IMG/VR virus record: IMGVR_UViG_3300022935_000005
Coordinates: 124,001-188,000 of that record
Strand: one strand, 5' to 3'
Length of the DNA stretch: 64,000 nucleotides
The position numbers were made by a program, and so were the translations under genes. The notes below the pieces were generated by a model, which worked only from the letters and a program-made list of their open reading frames with translations, had not been told where the DNA came from and searched no databases. Each line of letters opens with the position of its first letter. The stretch's first letter is position 1. This document shows positions 9,571 to 18,659 of the stretch, piece after piece.

Positions 9571-12500
9571 ATGGCAATATACGACTCCAAACTTGGTGAC
9601 ATAATAGCCGCTCTTGGTCGGTACTATAGCATCGTGTCAAAAGAAAAATTCACCTCGATCCTTGCGTTCGGTGATGAAAATACGATAGACAAGTTTGGGA
9701 ACGTTGATTTTGACTCTACACCTGAGATCGAGAAATTAGCTAGGACGTTTAACGACGCCACCGAGGGCGGAGTTATCATGTCGAAGAACGTAGAGGCTCT
9801 TAAAGATATAGTAACTGGTGACTCTGATTCTTTGAAGCTCGCGATGAAAACGTATCAATACGTTGGAGAGCCAGACACGTTTTCGTCTATATTCTCGAGC
9901 GATGATTACAAGAAGATATGTTCTCCCATAAGTGTTAGGGACATGTGCCGTATAACTCCAGGGTCTGACGGTAGCGAAGACGGTACAATCAACGGTGCAT
10001 TTGCTTCTCCAACGAAGTTTACCCCTAACCTTTGCGCTCTCCAAATTAAAAATCCAAAGCTGGTCCCTGCTACCCGCGACTCCGGGGCTGCTGCCTTATT
10101 TATGAATGCTATCCCGACTCTAGAGTTCTCGAGATGCCAACCGTATCTCGATATAACACTTGTCTCGCCTATGAAAGGCCTCAGCGAAGACGGTCGTATA
10201 CAAACACTTAGCTTGATGCAACATGTAGCAGGGCAGAGCCAGCCTGCAACAGACGTAGACAAAGCTTTGGCGACAGCATTAAACGAAGAAGCTGTGCAGG
10301 GTAAGCTGGAGAGTGAAGAAGCCCGTGCTGCAGCCGGCCTTGACGGCGACGGTAAGAAAACATCGGGAGGTTCTGATACCATCGCTTCCGCCGAAGACTT
10401 AGATGTAGCGACTGTTGGGATGGAGATCTTCACCGCTCCCCAAACTCTAGTCCCAACACTAAACGGTCAACTAGAGGGATATACTGATTTCGAAGCGTTC
10501 TCTAACGTTAAGGGAGACGATGGTAAACCAGTCTCTGCAGGCGGCCGCAGGGGAGCTCCTATCATTGACCCTTTCCGTCCTTTGATGAGTATAGAAGATT
10601 TCGGTATTTCTGTTACACCCTCGAAGGGGATGATGTCACACAAGACTGCTGATCTTTCCCTTGTCTTACATGACAGATCTCGTCTGACGGAAATATCCGA
10701 GTTCGTGAAACCAGATCTATACGGTCGGACTGAGCTTTTGATAACCTACGGATGGTCTCACCCTGATAACGACTTAGCAAGCGGAAATTATTACGGTGCA
10801 TTCTTGGACGCGCTTAAGGTGACCGAAAAATATATGATCGTCAACAGCTCGTTTTCTTTTGACGACGTAGGGCAAGTCAAGATTAAACTTAAGCTATCGA
10901 TGAAAGGCGCCTCGAATGTCGATACAAATAATATCAGCCAAGGTGAAGACGTAGAAGATGCGATGCAGGCGCTTAAAGATATGGTCGATGTGATCAAAAA
11001 ACTTAAAGCTACTGCCCTTAAAGATGCCGCTGCGACGGGCGGAACGAAGGAAGCGAAGGACGTCTTTGGAAAGTCGTTTTTTAGTGCTGCATCTGATACA
11101 AGCCGCGCTTTGACGATGGATGAAGAAACACAGAAAGCGTTAAAGAAGTATATATCTGCGAACAGGGGTGCCGAAGGTACGTCAGGTCAGCTGGCAGATA
11201 CTTTGGAAGACATGTTCGGTAAAGATGGGAAAGGTGGCGCCGCCGCGCAACTAAAGAAGACAATCGCGGATGCAGTTGGCGAGAAGATAAGCCACTTGAA
11301 AAAGATGCGCCAGTCGAAAAAAGATCCATTTGCCAAAGAAGTGACAGGTCATAATGGCAGTAAAAGCTTTGTCAATATCCCACAGTGGTCGAATAATCAT
11401 ATTTCGTACGGCGCGTTACTCATGTATATGGTGGGAAAACCTCTTGCTGCCACTAAGAGATTTGACGAGATCCAGTTTTTGTTCTATCCTATGAATGATA
11501 AGTCTTCTTATCTAAAGGATTTAACGACTGCTGAAATCCCAATCAACTTAAAGCAGTTTGACTTAGTCTTTAAAGAAAACACGAAGAATACAGTTAATCT
11601 TCCTCTTGGTAGGTTTATGGGTATGATGGGTAAAGAGTTTATCCATAATCAGACTGCAGAAGCGTTCGGTCTTGCTTCTTTGTACGACACTGACAAAGAA
11701 GGTAAAAAGACAGTGAAAGAGAAATTCAAGGAAGATCCAACAAAGCTTAACGACGAGAAAAAGAAGCGCCTTGAAGATGCCTACGGGGACACTTCGGAGC
11801 TTGAATTCAAGATGCCAAGAGTTAGGTTTCATATTGAAGCTGTACCTGCAAAAGATACAGGTCATCCCGAAGGCCGCCGTGCAACGATACTCAGGATCCA
11901 TATATACGATTCAGTATGTACTCCCTACACTGCGCTTAATAGGTTGTCTCAAGCCACACGTTCAAACTCGATGGGTCTTTTAACAACTGCTGCTACGAAC
12001 ACAACTCGAGCGATGAACACAGAGGCGGAATTCGGTCTTGACGCCGATATTTCAGTCGATCACAAAACAGCATTTTTAGAGCAGCTACAGGAAGCGCTAG
12101 ACTACGGTTTACTGGAAGCTGTACCCTCGATGTCTGAAGATGATATGAAATCTTATGATCCAGCCACTCAACCTGATACGTACTTTAGGGTTAAAGGCGG
12201 GTTTCCCGCGCTAAAGGGGTTCATCCAAAGCACAATGCCGTCGATAATATATGGTTCTACAAACTCCGCTGTGTTATCTGCTGACTTATCATCTATGAAT
12301 GACCCGAAGCTTGCCTCGATTAACATGATGCGTGGGGGAATGGGCGGAGGTACAACCGCACAGGGCGTTAGAGACGCTGGCTTACCATTACAGACAGCCC
12401 CGGTCACTCTTTCAATGAATACATTTGGATGTCCAGTAATAAGTTATGGACAGAACTTTTTTGTTGACTTCGGCACCGGGACCACAATAGATAATGTGTT

Positions 12501-12642
12501 TGTTGTCTCGGGGATCGACCACTCTCTTTCAAAGGGAAAGTTCGAGACGAAAATCAAGATGACACAGGTCGACGCGTTTGGTAGCTATACCAGCATGATA
12601 ACGAATATCACTAAGACACTAACAGCATTAAAAGATTCGTAG
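9571..12642 (+). CDS. Baseplate hub-like protein
   Basis: 1023 aa; C-terminal GCPVISYGQNFFVDF...VVSGIDHSLSKGKFETKI typical of hub (gp27/gpD-like) proteins; synteny. Confidence 0.55.
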   Translation: MAIYDSKLGDIIAALGRYYSIVSKEKFTSILAFGDENTIDKFGNVDFDSTPEIEKLARTFNDATEGGVIMSKNVEALKDIVTGDSDSLKLAMKTYQYVGEPDTFSSIFSSDDYKKICSPISVRDMCRITPGSDGSEDGTINGAFASPTKFTPNLCALQIKNPKLVPATRDSGAAALFMNAIPTLEFSRCQPYLDITLVSPMKGLSEDGRIQTLSLMQHVAGQSQPATDVDKALATALNEEAVQGKLESEEARAAAGLDGDGKKTSGGSDTIASAEDLDVATVGMEIFTAPQTLVPTLNGQLEGYTDFEAFSNVKGDDGKPVSAGGRRGAPIIDPFRPLMSIEDFGISVTPSKGMMSHKTADLSLVLHDRSRLTEISEFVKPDLYGRTELLITYGWSHPDNDLASGNYYGAFLDALKVTEKYMIVNSSFSFDDVGQVKIKLKLSMKGASNVDTNNISQGEDVEDAMQALKDMVDVIKKLKATALKDAAATGGTKEAKDVFGKSFFSAASDTSRALTMDEETQKALKKYISANRGAEGTSGQLADTLEDMFGKDGKGGAAAQLKKTIADAVGEKISHLKKMRQSKKDPFAKEVTGHNGSKSFVNIPQWSNNHISYGALLMYMVGKPLAATKRFDEIQFLFYPMNDKSSYLKDLTTAEIPINLKQFDLVFKENTKNTVNLPLGRFMGMMGKEFIHNQTAEAFGLASLYDTDKEGKKTVKEKFKEDPTKLNDEKKKRLEDAYGDTSELEFKMPRVRFHIEAVPAKDTGHPEGRRATILRIHIYDSVCTPYTALNRLSQATRSNSMGLLTTAATNTTRAMNTEAEFGLDADISVDHKTAFLEQLQEALDYGLLEAVPSMSEDDMKSYDPATQPDTYFRVKGGFPALKGFIQSTMPSIIYGSTNSAVLSADLSSMNDPKLASINMMRGGMGGGTTAQGVRDAGLPLQTAPVTLSMNTFGCPVISYGQNFFVDFGTGTTIDNVFVVSGIDHSLSKGKFETKIKMTQVDAFGSYTSMITNITKTLTALKDS

Positions 12643-12646
12643 CATG

Positions 12647-12674
12647 TGAAAATTGTAGCTGCGCTGTGTAATAT
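12647..12674 (+). promoter_or_regulatory. Sigma70-like promoter TGAAAA-N16-TAATAT
   Basis: Member of the recurring TGWAAA-N16-TAYAAT family. Confidence 0.55.
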
Positions 12675-12679
12675 TCCAT

Positions 12680-13873
12680 ATGCGTTTACTAATCTATAAG
12701 CAGGTCACGGGCTTTCCGTATGATGTAATACTGCAGGATGGTATGCTGAAACCAGCACAGGAGTTGGAGGAGCATGACTTCTGCGTCGGTGACTTAACAG
12801 CACCTGCTGCTATCGAAGACCTTTTAAGACTCTATGGCTACGAGGTACCAGACTTGATCCCTCGTGAGTATAAGAACAGCTTCAAAGAGTGTGGTTATAC
12901 AGGTGATGTTCCATGGTCATATGTAATTCCCACCCCGCGGTTTAAGCAAATACTGATGCCATTCCTAAAAGACATACAAGAAATGACAGCAGAGGTAAGC
13001 AAGTCAGAGTATTCTTCATTCTTTCAAGACACGAATGCACTCTTTTCGATGCTCGAGCCCTGTACCCTAAATGAGAAGTCTGCTCGTTCGATTCTTGAAA
13101 ACGAAGATAACCATGTCCTTAATTCTTTTGTAAGTTCATCTGTAGGCGGCTCTTTACCCGTACCACAGTATTCTAGGTCTTCGACAAAGACTGGACGTCT
13201 AGTGGTGAAATCAGGCCCTCAAATATTAACGATGAAGAAAGACCACAGGGCTGTTCTAAGAGCATCATCACGAAACAAAAAGTTATACGAAATAGACTTT
13301 GTTTCTCTTGAGCCGCGAGTTGCTTTGAACATCGCTGGTGCGGACCTACGGGGTGATGTATACACTTCATTCTCTGAGAACTTGGGGCTTGGAATCAGCA
13401 GAGATGCAGCGAAGTTAGCAGTATTATGTACTTTATACGGCGCCGGGAAGTATAGGCTGGAAAGTATGCTCAGAGATGAAGGTTCTGATATACCAGTAGA
13501 GAAGCTAATGAAAGAGGTTGCAAATTACTTTAAGGTAGACAGCCTGAGTAAAAGCCTATCAGATCAAGCAAAGACTGGATCCATCACTAACCTTTTTGGT
13601 CGACCTATCGAGGTTGATGACCAGCGCCCCTCTATCTTGGTTAATAACTTCCTGCAATCTACTGCCGTTGATGTATCTCTTGCCGGCTTTCTGGATTTTT
13701 GCAGACAGTTCGCGGGTGTCGTAAAACCCTTATTTATTATCCATGACGCTCTGCTATTTGAGGCAGATCCTAAGAAACTTACGGCGGTATCTGAATATGT
13801 ATCTAATGGATACGATATGCAGGGTGTAGGCAAGTTCCCACTGAAGATTACGGAGTTAAACTCTAATGAATGA
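12680..13873 (+). CDS. Minimal family A DNA polymerase (polymerase domain only)
   Basis: TKTGRL; motif A EIDFVSLEPR; motif B AKLAVLCTLYG; NNFLQSTAVD; motif C IIHDA; only 397 aa. Confidence 0.8.
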   Translation: MRLLIYKQVTGFPYDVILQDGMLKPAQELEEHDFCVGDLTAPAAIEDLLRLYGYEVPDLIPREYKNSFKECGYTGDVPWSYVIPTPRFKQILMPFLKDIQEMTAEVSKSEYSSFFQDTNALFSMLEPCTLNEKSARSILENEDNHVLNSFVSSSVGGSLPVPQYSRSSTKTGRLVVKSGPQILTMKKDHRAVLRASSRNKKLYEIDFVSLEPRVALNIAGADLRGDVYTSFSENLGLGISRDAAKLAVLCTLYGAGKYRLESMLRDEGSDIPVEKLMKEVANYFKVDSLSKSLSDQAKTGSITNLFGRPIEVDDQRPSILVNNFLQSTAVDVSLAGFLDFCRQFAGVVKPLFIIHDALLFEADPKKLTAVSEYVSNGYDMQGVGKFPLKITELNSNE

Positions 13874-14402
13874 AGAAATGCTCAGAAGTTACATCAAGAA
13901 GATGATTCTAGAAGAAAATGAAGAGGCTGCCAAGCCAGAAGAGAAAGAGAAGGAATCGAAACGCTCTGGAGAAACCAAACCCGGAGAAATAGGATCCTCC
14001 GTCGGTCGGGGTCGCTGGAACAAAGACGTTCAAGAAGCCGGGGCCCTCGCGAAAGAAAACCCGAAGCAGCTTATGAAGAATCTTAAGATAGAGAAGTCAG
14101 GTTCAGAACTTCAGGGGATTGCCGATATTTTGAAGCAAGCTCTTTCTGGTGCTGACGTTATGAAGCGAGCATATGCTCCGGGACTGTCTCAAAAGAGGCA
14201 GGGAGACATGACTGGAATCATTATTAAAATGGGTGATCTCGATAGTCGTAATGGAGCGAAGTACATTCATCATACCCTCATCGGTGCTAAGAACGCCGGT
14301 AAGTTGAGTCTTAGTATTCCGGTCCAAGTCGACAGGCTAGGCGATGGCTCTGTTGTCGTATACAAATCTTCAAAGAAAAATTCTTGGCCTGAAAATGCGT
14401 AG
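13866..14402 (+). CDS. Hypothetical, probable virion-internal protein
   Basis: N-terminal LRSYIKKMILEE motif shared with other proteins in this window. Confidence 0.55.
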   Translation: MNEEMLRSYIKKMILEENEEAAKPEEKEKESKRSGETKPGEIGSSVGRGRWNKDVQEAGALAKENPKQLMKNLKIEKSGSELQGIADILKQALSGADVMKRAYAPGLSQKRQGDMTGIIIKMGDLDSRNGAKYIHHTLIGAKNAGKLSLSIPVQVDRLGDGSVVVYKSSKKNSWPENA

Positions 14403-14407
14403 TAGCA

Positions 14408-14435
14408 TGTAAACCCCCATGTTTTCTTTTACATT
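14408..14435 (+). promoter_or_regulatory. Sigma70-like promoter TGTAAA-N16-TACATT
   Basis: Recurring motif, intergenic. Confidence 0.55.
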
Positions 14436-14456
14436 ATCTTGAATGAGAGGTGTAAT

Positions 14457-15296
14457 ATGAAGCATTTGGAAAAAGACGGAGTAGTAACACTAGAGAAGCT
14501 ACTTGCACTAGCAGCTCCAGACAGAGATCCAGCGCCAGGTGATGTACCGGCTGTGATCATTGATGTCGAGACAACTGGTCTAAATAAGGATAATGACGAG
14601 ATTATCCAGATTGCAATGCGACCCTTCTTTGTATCGCCGGCAACCGGCGAAGTTTCAGGCGTCAAGAAGAGCATTGAGTATCTTCAAGAACCGGCTAATC
14701 CTCTAAGCCAGATTATTACTGACATAACTGGATTTGTTGATGAGGATCTAAAGGGTCATTCCATCCCATGGGATAAAGTTGCAAAGATCTTATCGAAATG
14801 TCAGTTTGCGATTGCTCATAACGCTTCATTCGATAGACAGTGGATTGAGAAGGCGCTCCAAAAGAATGGACAGATTGTACCTTCAGACGTCGTCTGGTGC
14901 TGCTCAATGACCCAAGTTGATTGGACAGTCATCTGTCGCGCTTCGAAGGCTCTAGAGGTGCTCTGCGCTTGGCATGGTTTCTTTTATGATTCGCACAATG
15001 CCGTTGCTGACGTTGATGCGACTCTTCATCTTTTAAGGCATGAAAAGTACATGACTGAGATGCTAAGCAATGCTATGCAACCTGATTATCACGTCTTCGC
15101 TGCTGGCTCCTTGAGAGAAGAGAATCATCTTCTTAAGCAGCGCCGTTATCGTTGGAATCCAGAACTTGGGTGTTGGTGGAAAGAAGTAAGTAACCTCGCG
15201 AAAGCAGAGGAAGAGTCACTTTGGCTTTCTCAAAACCTTCAAAAATGTGAGCCGCAATATTTCGAAGTTGAGCCACAACACCGCTTTACTACATAA
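14457..15296 (+). CDS. DEDDh 3'-5' exonuclease (DNA Pol III epsilon-like)
   Basis: IIDVETTG, AHNASFDR, HNAVADVDA; SD GAGGTG before ATG 14457. Confidence 0.85.
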   Translation: MKHLEKDGVVTLEKLLALAAPDRDPAPGDVPAVIIDVETTGLNKDNDEIIQIAMRPFFVSPATGEVSGVKKSIEYLQEPANPLSQIITDITGFVDEDLKGHSIPWDKVAKILSKCQFAIAHNASFDRQWIEKALQKNGQIVPSDVVWCCSMTQVDWTVICRASKALEVLCAWHGFFYDSHNAVADVDATLHLLRHEKYMTEMLSNAMQPDYHVFAAGSLREENHLLKQRRYRWNPELGCWWKEVSNLAKAEEESLWLSQNLQKCEPQYFEVEPQHRFTT

Positions 15297-15299
15297 TTA
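15293..15299 (+). promoter_or_regulatory. Putative late promoter ATAATTA
   Basis: 5 nt before ATG 15305. Confidence 0.4.
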
Positions 15300-15304
15300 A
15301 AGAT

Positions 15305-15493
15305 ATGAAATATCTTAGAATGCTTATACGGGAAATGTTGGCCGAAGAAGAAGTTTTAGGTGAGCCAGACGAGAGCGCCGAGGATGAGCGAGAGGCTGAC
15401 GAGCAAGCAGTTACCACTGCAGTTGCGGGTGCGACAACTCCTATCGGAACGGGCTCAACATACCCAAATAAGAAAAAGAAAAAAAAGACTTGA
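15305..15493 (+). CDS. Small acidic protein with basic tail, probable virion-internal
   Basis: MKYLRMLIREMLAEEE N-terminal motif. Confidence 0.55.
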   Translation: MKYLRMLIREMLAEEEVLGEPDESAEDEREADEQAVTTAVAGATTPIGTGSTYPNKKKKKKT

Positions 15494-15518
15494 AAAATTA
15501 AGAATTTAGACTTATACT
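15491..15518 (+). promoter_or_regulatory. Sigma70-like promoter TGAAAA-N16-TATACT
   Basis: Recurring motif upstream of the SSB gene. Confidence 0.6.
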
Positions 15519-15584
15519 ACTAATGTCCTCACGGACAAATTAACTGCAAATTGCCTATTGCACATTAAACATTTGGAGGTTATC

Positions 15585-16397
15585 ATGGCAATTGATTTTG
15601 ATGCACTTCGTAAGAAGCTCGGCCAGCTATCTGGCACAAACTCTCGCCGCAACGTTATGTGGCGACCACAAGAGGGAGAAGAGTCCGTAGTACGTCTCCT
15701 CGCGTTCTCAGGTAATGATGACGGTCTACCGTTTGCTGAGCGTTGGTTTTACTACAACATTGGAAACAACCCTGGTCTTTTGGCGCCATATCAGTTCGGT
15801 AATCCTGATCCCATCCAGGAGCTTATCACAAAGCTCCGTGATGAGGGCACCAAGGAGTCTTATGAGCTTGCGAAGAAGCTCTACCCTAAGGCTCGCTACT
15901 ACGCTCCAGTTGTAGTTCGAGGTGAAGAAGACAAGGGCGTACGTATCTGGTCTTTCGGAAAGACCGTATACCAGTCTCTTCTTAACATCATGCTTGATGA
16001 AGATTATGGCGACATCACTGATGTGATGGAAGGTCGTGACATTAAGGTTGTTTGTACTAAAGCGCCCGGTCGCCAGTGGGCAACGACCGAAGTCCGTCCC
16101 CGAGGGAAGCAGAGCAAGCTTGCTGACAGCAAGAAGCAGATCACTGAGTGGACTGACGGAATTCCTTCCCTGGAAGAGATGTATGAAGAGAAGTCTTATG
16201 ACACTCTGACAAAGATCGTAAATGATTGGTTGAACGGTGACGAAGATAACTCTTCTACCGACGACAACTTTGGCACGTCTCGTGGCTCTACAAGCAACTC
16301 AACTACCAGCTCTACAACAAACAACAGCGAAGCTGCGGTTAGTGATAAGTTCAAGAGTCTTGATGATGCTTTTGCCGATCTCGAAGATGACTTTTAG
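15585..16397 (+). CDS. Single-stranded DNA-binding protein (T4 gp32-like)
   Basis: VVRLL...KGVRIWSFGKTVY...DITDVMEGRDI core and acidic C-terminal tail (DAFADLEDDF); SD GGAGGT. Confidence 0.8.
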   Translation: MAIDFDALRKKLGQLSGTNSRRNVMWRPQEGEESVVRLLAFSGNDDGLPFAERWFYYNIGNNPGLLAPYQFGNPDPIQELITKLRDEGTKESYELAKKLYPKARYYAPVVVRGEEDKGVRIWSFGKTVYQSLLNIMLDEDYGDITDVMEGRDIKVVCTKAPGRQWATTEVRPRGKQSKLADSKKQITEWTDGIPSLEEMYEEKSYDTLTKIVNDWLNGDEDNSSTDDNFGTSRGSTSNSTTSSTTNNSEAAVSDKFKSLDDAFADLEDDF

Positions 16398-16419
16398 ACA
16401 AAAGCTGTCCTCGTGACTT

Positions 16420-16453
16420 CAAGGGAGGGAAGAAATTCCCTCCCTTGTTTTTT
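16420..16453 (+). terminator. Rho-independent terminator
   Basis: 12-bp perfect stem CAAGGGAGGGAA/TTCCCTCCCTTG, GAAA loop, T6 tail. Confidence 0.9.
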
Positions 16454-16454
16454 A

Positions 16455-16482
16455 TGAACATCTAGTTACATAATCTTATAGT
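16455..16482 (+). promoter_or_regulatory. Sigma70-like promoter TGAACA-N16-TATAGT
   Basis: Recurring motif upstream of recA. Confidence 0.5.
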
Positions 16483-16508
16483 TGTTCTATGAACATAGGA
16501 GTGTTTTA

Positions 16509-17702
16509 ATGTCAAAAAAGAAGCAAGACAACAGCGATGAGTTTACCTCTGACCTGATTAAGTCACTGAATAAAGAACATGGTTCTCGAATTGCCTACAA
16601 TCTGTCAACTGATGAGTCACCAACCCACGTGAATCGGTGGATTAGTACAGGATCTAAGCAGTTGGATTATATCATCGCGAATCGTCCGAATGGTGGTTTG
16701 CCAGAGGGGCGTATTGTAGAGATCTTCGGGCCGCCATCTATCGGAAAATCTCATATTGCGATTCAAATTGCTCGGTCTACACAGGCAATGGGCGGAATTG
16801 TCGTCTATATTGACACTGAAAACGCAACTAGTGTAGAGAACCTTTCGATGCTTGGTGTCGATATCAGCAAGCGATTTGTATATGTTGACACGCACTGCAC
16901 AGAGGAGGTTATGTCTATCGCTGAGTCGACTATTCTCAAGGCGAAGGCGATGGATAAGGATGTACCTGTCACGATCATCTGGGATTCCGTCGCTGCTACA
17001 TCTCCTAAAGCTGAGCTTGTCGGCGACTATGACAAAGAGACAATCGGCTTACAGGCTCGAGCTATCTCGAAAGGAATGAGAAAGATTACAGGCGTAATCG
17101 CAAATCAGAACGTGTTGATGATCTGTTTGAACCAGATTAGGACAAAGATTGGAGTTATGTATGGAGATCCTACTACTACACCCGGTGGTAAGGCAATCCC
17201 TTTTCACTCATCTGTACGAATTAAACTGGGGGCAGGGCAGCAGATCACGAACAAGAATAAGGAAGTAATTGGAATTCACGTTCGTGCAAAGACTATCAAG
17301 AACAAGGTCGCCCCACCTTTTAGAGAATGTAATTTTGAGATTCATTTCGGAAAAGGAATATTCGAGCATGAGCAGGTGTTCGATGAGCTGAGGAAGTTCG
17401 GCGCTGCCACAATAGATGACAAGACAATCAGCATTAGCGGAACCGGAAGCTGGAAGTCCCTTGTTGTTGCCAGCGCTTCTACAGGAGAAGTGATTGTTGA
17501 AAAGAAGTTCTATAAAGCTGATTTTGGTGATGTCTGGAATGATCCTGAATATCATGGGTATGTAGAAGCGCTGTTAGAAGCTTGCATGACAAGAAAGCTA
17601 GAAAACCCTGCTGACGCTCATCTTGACACGGAGTCATACGAAGAAGTGAGAGCCGCTGCTCTCGATCTAGACTTGGATGGTATTGAGGACTTAGATGTCT
17701 AA
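16509..17702 (+). CDS. recA: RecA/UvsX recombinase
   Basis: GRIVEIFGPPSIGKS Walker A, YIDTE, IIWDSVAA, NQIR, TPGGKAIPFHSSVRI, KNKVAPPF. Confidence 0.95.
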   Translation: MSKKKQDNSDEFTSDLIKSLNKEHGSRIAYNLSTDESPTHVNRWISTGSKQLDYIIANRPNGGLPEGRIVEIFGPPSIGKSHIAIQIARSTQAMGGIVVYIDTENATSVENLSMLGVDISKRFVYVDTHCTEEVMSIAESTILKAKAMDKDVPVTIIWDSVAATSPKAELVGDYDKETIGLQARAISKGMRKITGVIANQNVLMICLNQIRTKIGVMYGDPTTTPGGKAIPFHSSVRIKLGAGQQITNKNKEVIGIHVRAKTIKNKVAPPFRECNFEIHFGKGIFEHEQVFDELRKFGAATIDDKTISISGTGSWKSLVVASASTGEVIVEKKFYKADFGDVWNDPEYHGYVEALLEACMTRKLENPADAHLDTESYEEVRAAALDLDLDGIEDLDV

Positions 17703-18642
17703 TGATCGTCCTGTTCTAGTGTTAGATGGACTGAATGTCTTCTACAGGCACTGGGCAGCGAATCCCACTATGGATACCAACGGTGAACATGTCGGTGGGA
17801 TAGTGGGGTTTCTGAAGGGCATACAACTGTTGTGCGAAAGGTATCAACCAAGTGATATAGTGGTCACTTGGGAGGGTGGGGGCTCTGTACGCCGGCGAGG
17901 GGTAAGCTCTACATACAAGTCTGGCCGTCGCCCTGCAAAGTTAAACCGCTTTTACGAAGATATACCCGACACTGTCGAGAATAGAAATTCACAAGTAGCA
18001 AGACTTGTTTCATTATTACGAAAAGCTGGAATCAAGCAAGTGTATGTATCTGACTGCGAAGGTGATGATATCGTTGCTTACATCGTAAACGCCGTCTTTA
18101 AAGATAAAGAGTGTATTGTCGTATCAACTGATAAAGATTTTTTTCAATTGATAAACGACAGGGTAAGAGTGTGGTCGCCCGGAAGCAAAAAAGAGTGGAG
18201 TATAGAGAGCGTTATCGATAACTTTGGCGTTCACCCAGAAAATTTTTGTCTCGCAAGATGCTTCATTGGTGACGCCTCTGACGGTCTAAAAGGTGCCCCT
18301 GGAGTTGGGTTTAAAAACCTCTCGAAGAGATTTCCGCAGTTTGGAAATTCTGACAGTCTTACTGTGGATGACATAGTTACTGAATGTGAAAAGCTTCGAG
18401 TACAAAAGAGTCTTAAGCTCTATGATAATATCATTGAACACGAAGAGAACATACGAAAGAACTGGAAGCTTATGTATCTCGGCTTAGGTAAGTTGTCTGC
18501 AAGCCAGGCACAGAAAATAGAGTCAGCTCTCCAGAACGATACCACCCGTGATAAACTTGGGTTCATCAGAGAACTGATGAAGATACAGATCACTAACGTT
18601 GATTATGACAAGCTTTTTATGACCTTGAAGGTATTAAAGTAG
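17695..18642 (+). CDS. 5'-3' exonuclease / flap endonuclease (PolI N-terminal, T4 RNase H-like)
   Basis: LDGLN, YKSGR, EGDD, STDKDFFQL, GDASDGLKGAPGVG. Confidence 0.9.
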   Translation: MSNDRPVLVLDGLNVFYRHWAANPTMDTNGEHVGGIVGFLKGIQLLCERYQPSDIVVTWEGGGSVRRRGVSSTYKSGRRPAKLNRFYEDIPDTVENRNSQVARLVSLLRKAGIKQVYVSDCEGDDIVAYIVNAVFKDKECIVVSTDKDFFQLINDRVRVWSPGSKKEWSIESVIDNFGVHPENFCLARCFIGDASDGLKGAPGVGFKNLSKRFPQFGNSDSLTVDDIVTECEKLRVQKSLKLYDNIIEHEENIRKNWKLMYLGLGKLSASQAQKIESALQNDTTRDKLGFIRELMKIQITNVDYDKLFMTLKVLK

Positions 18643-18659
18643 ACTAACAGAGGATTTTT

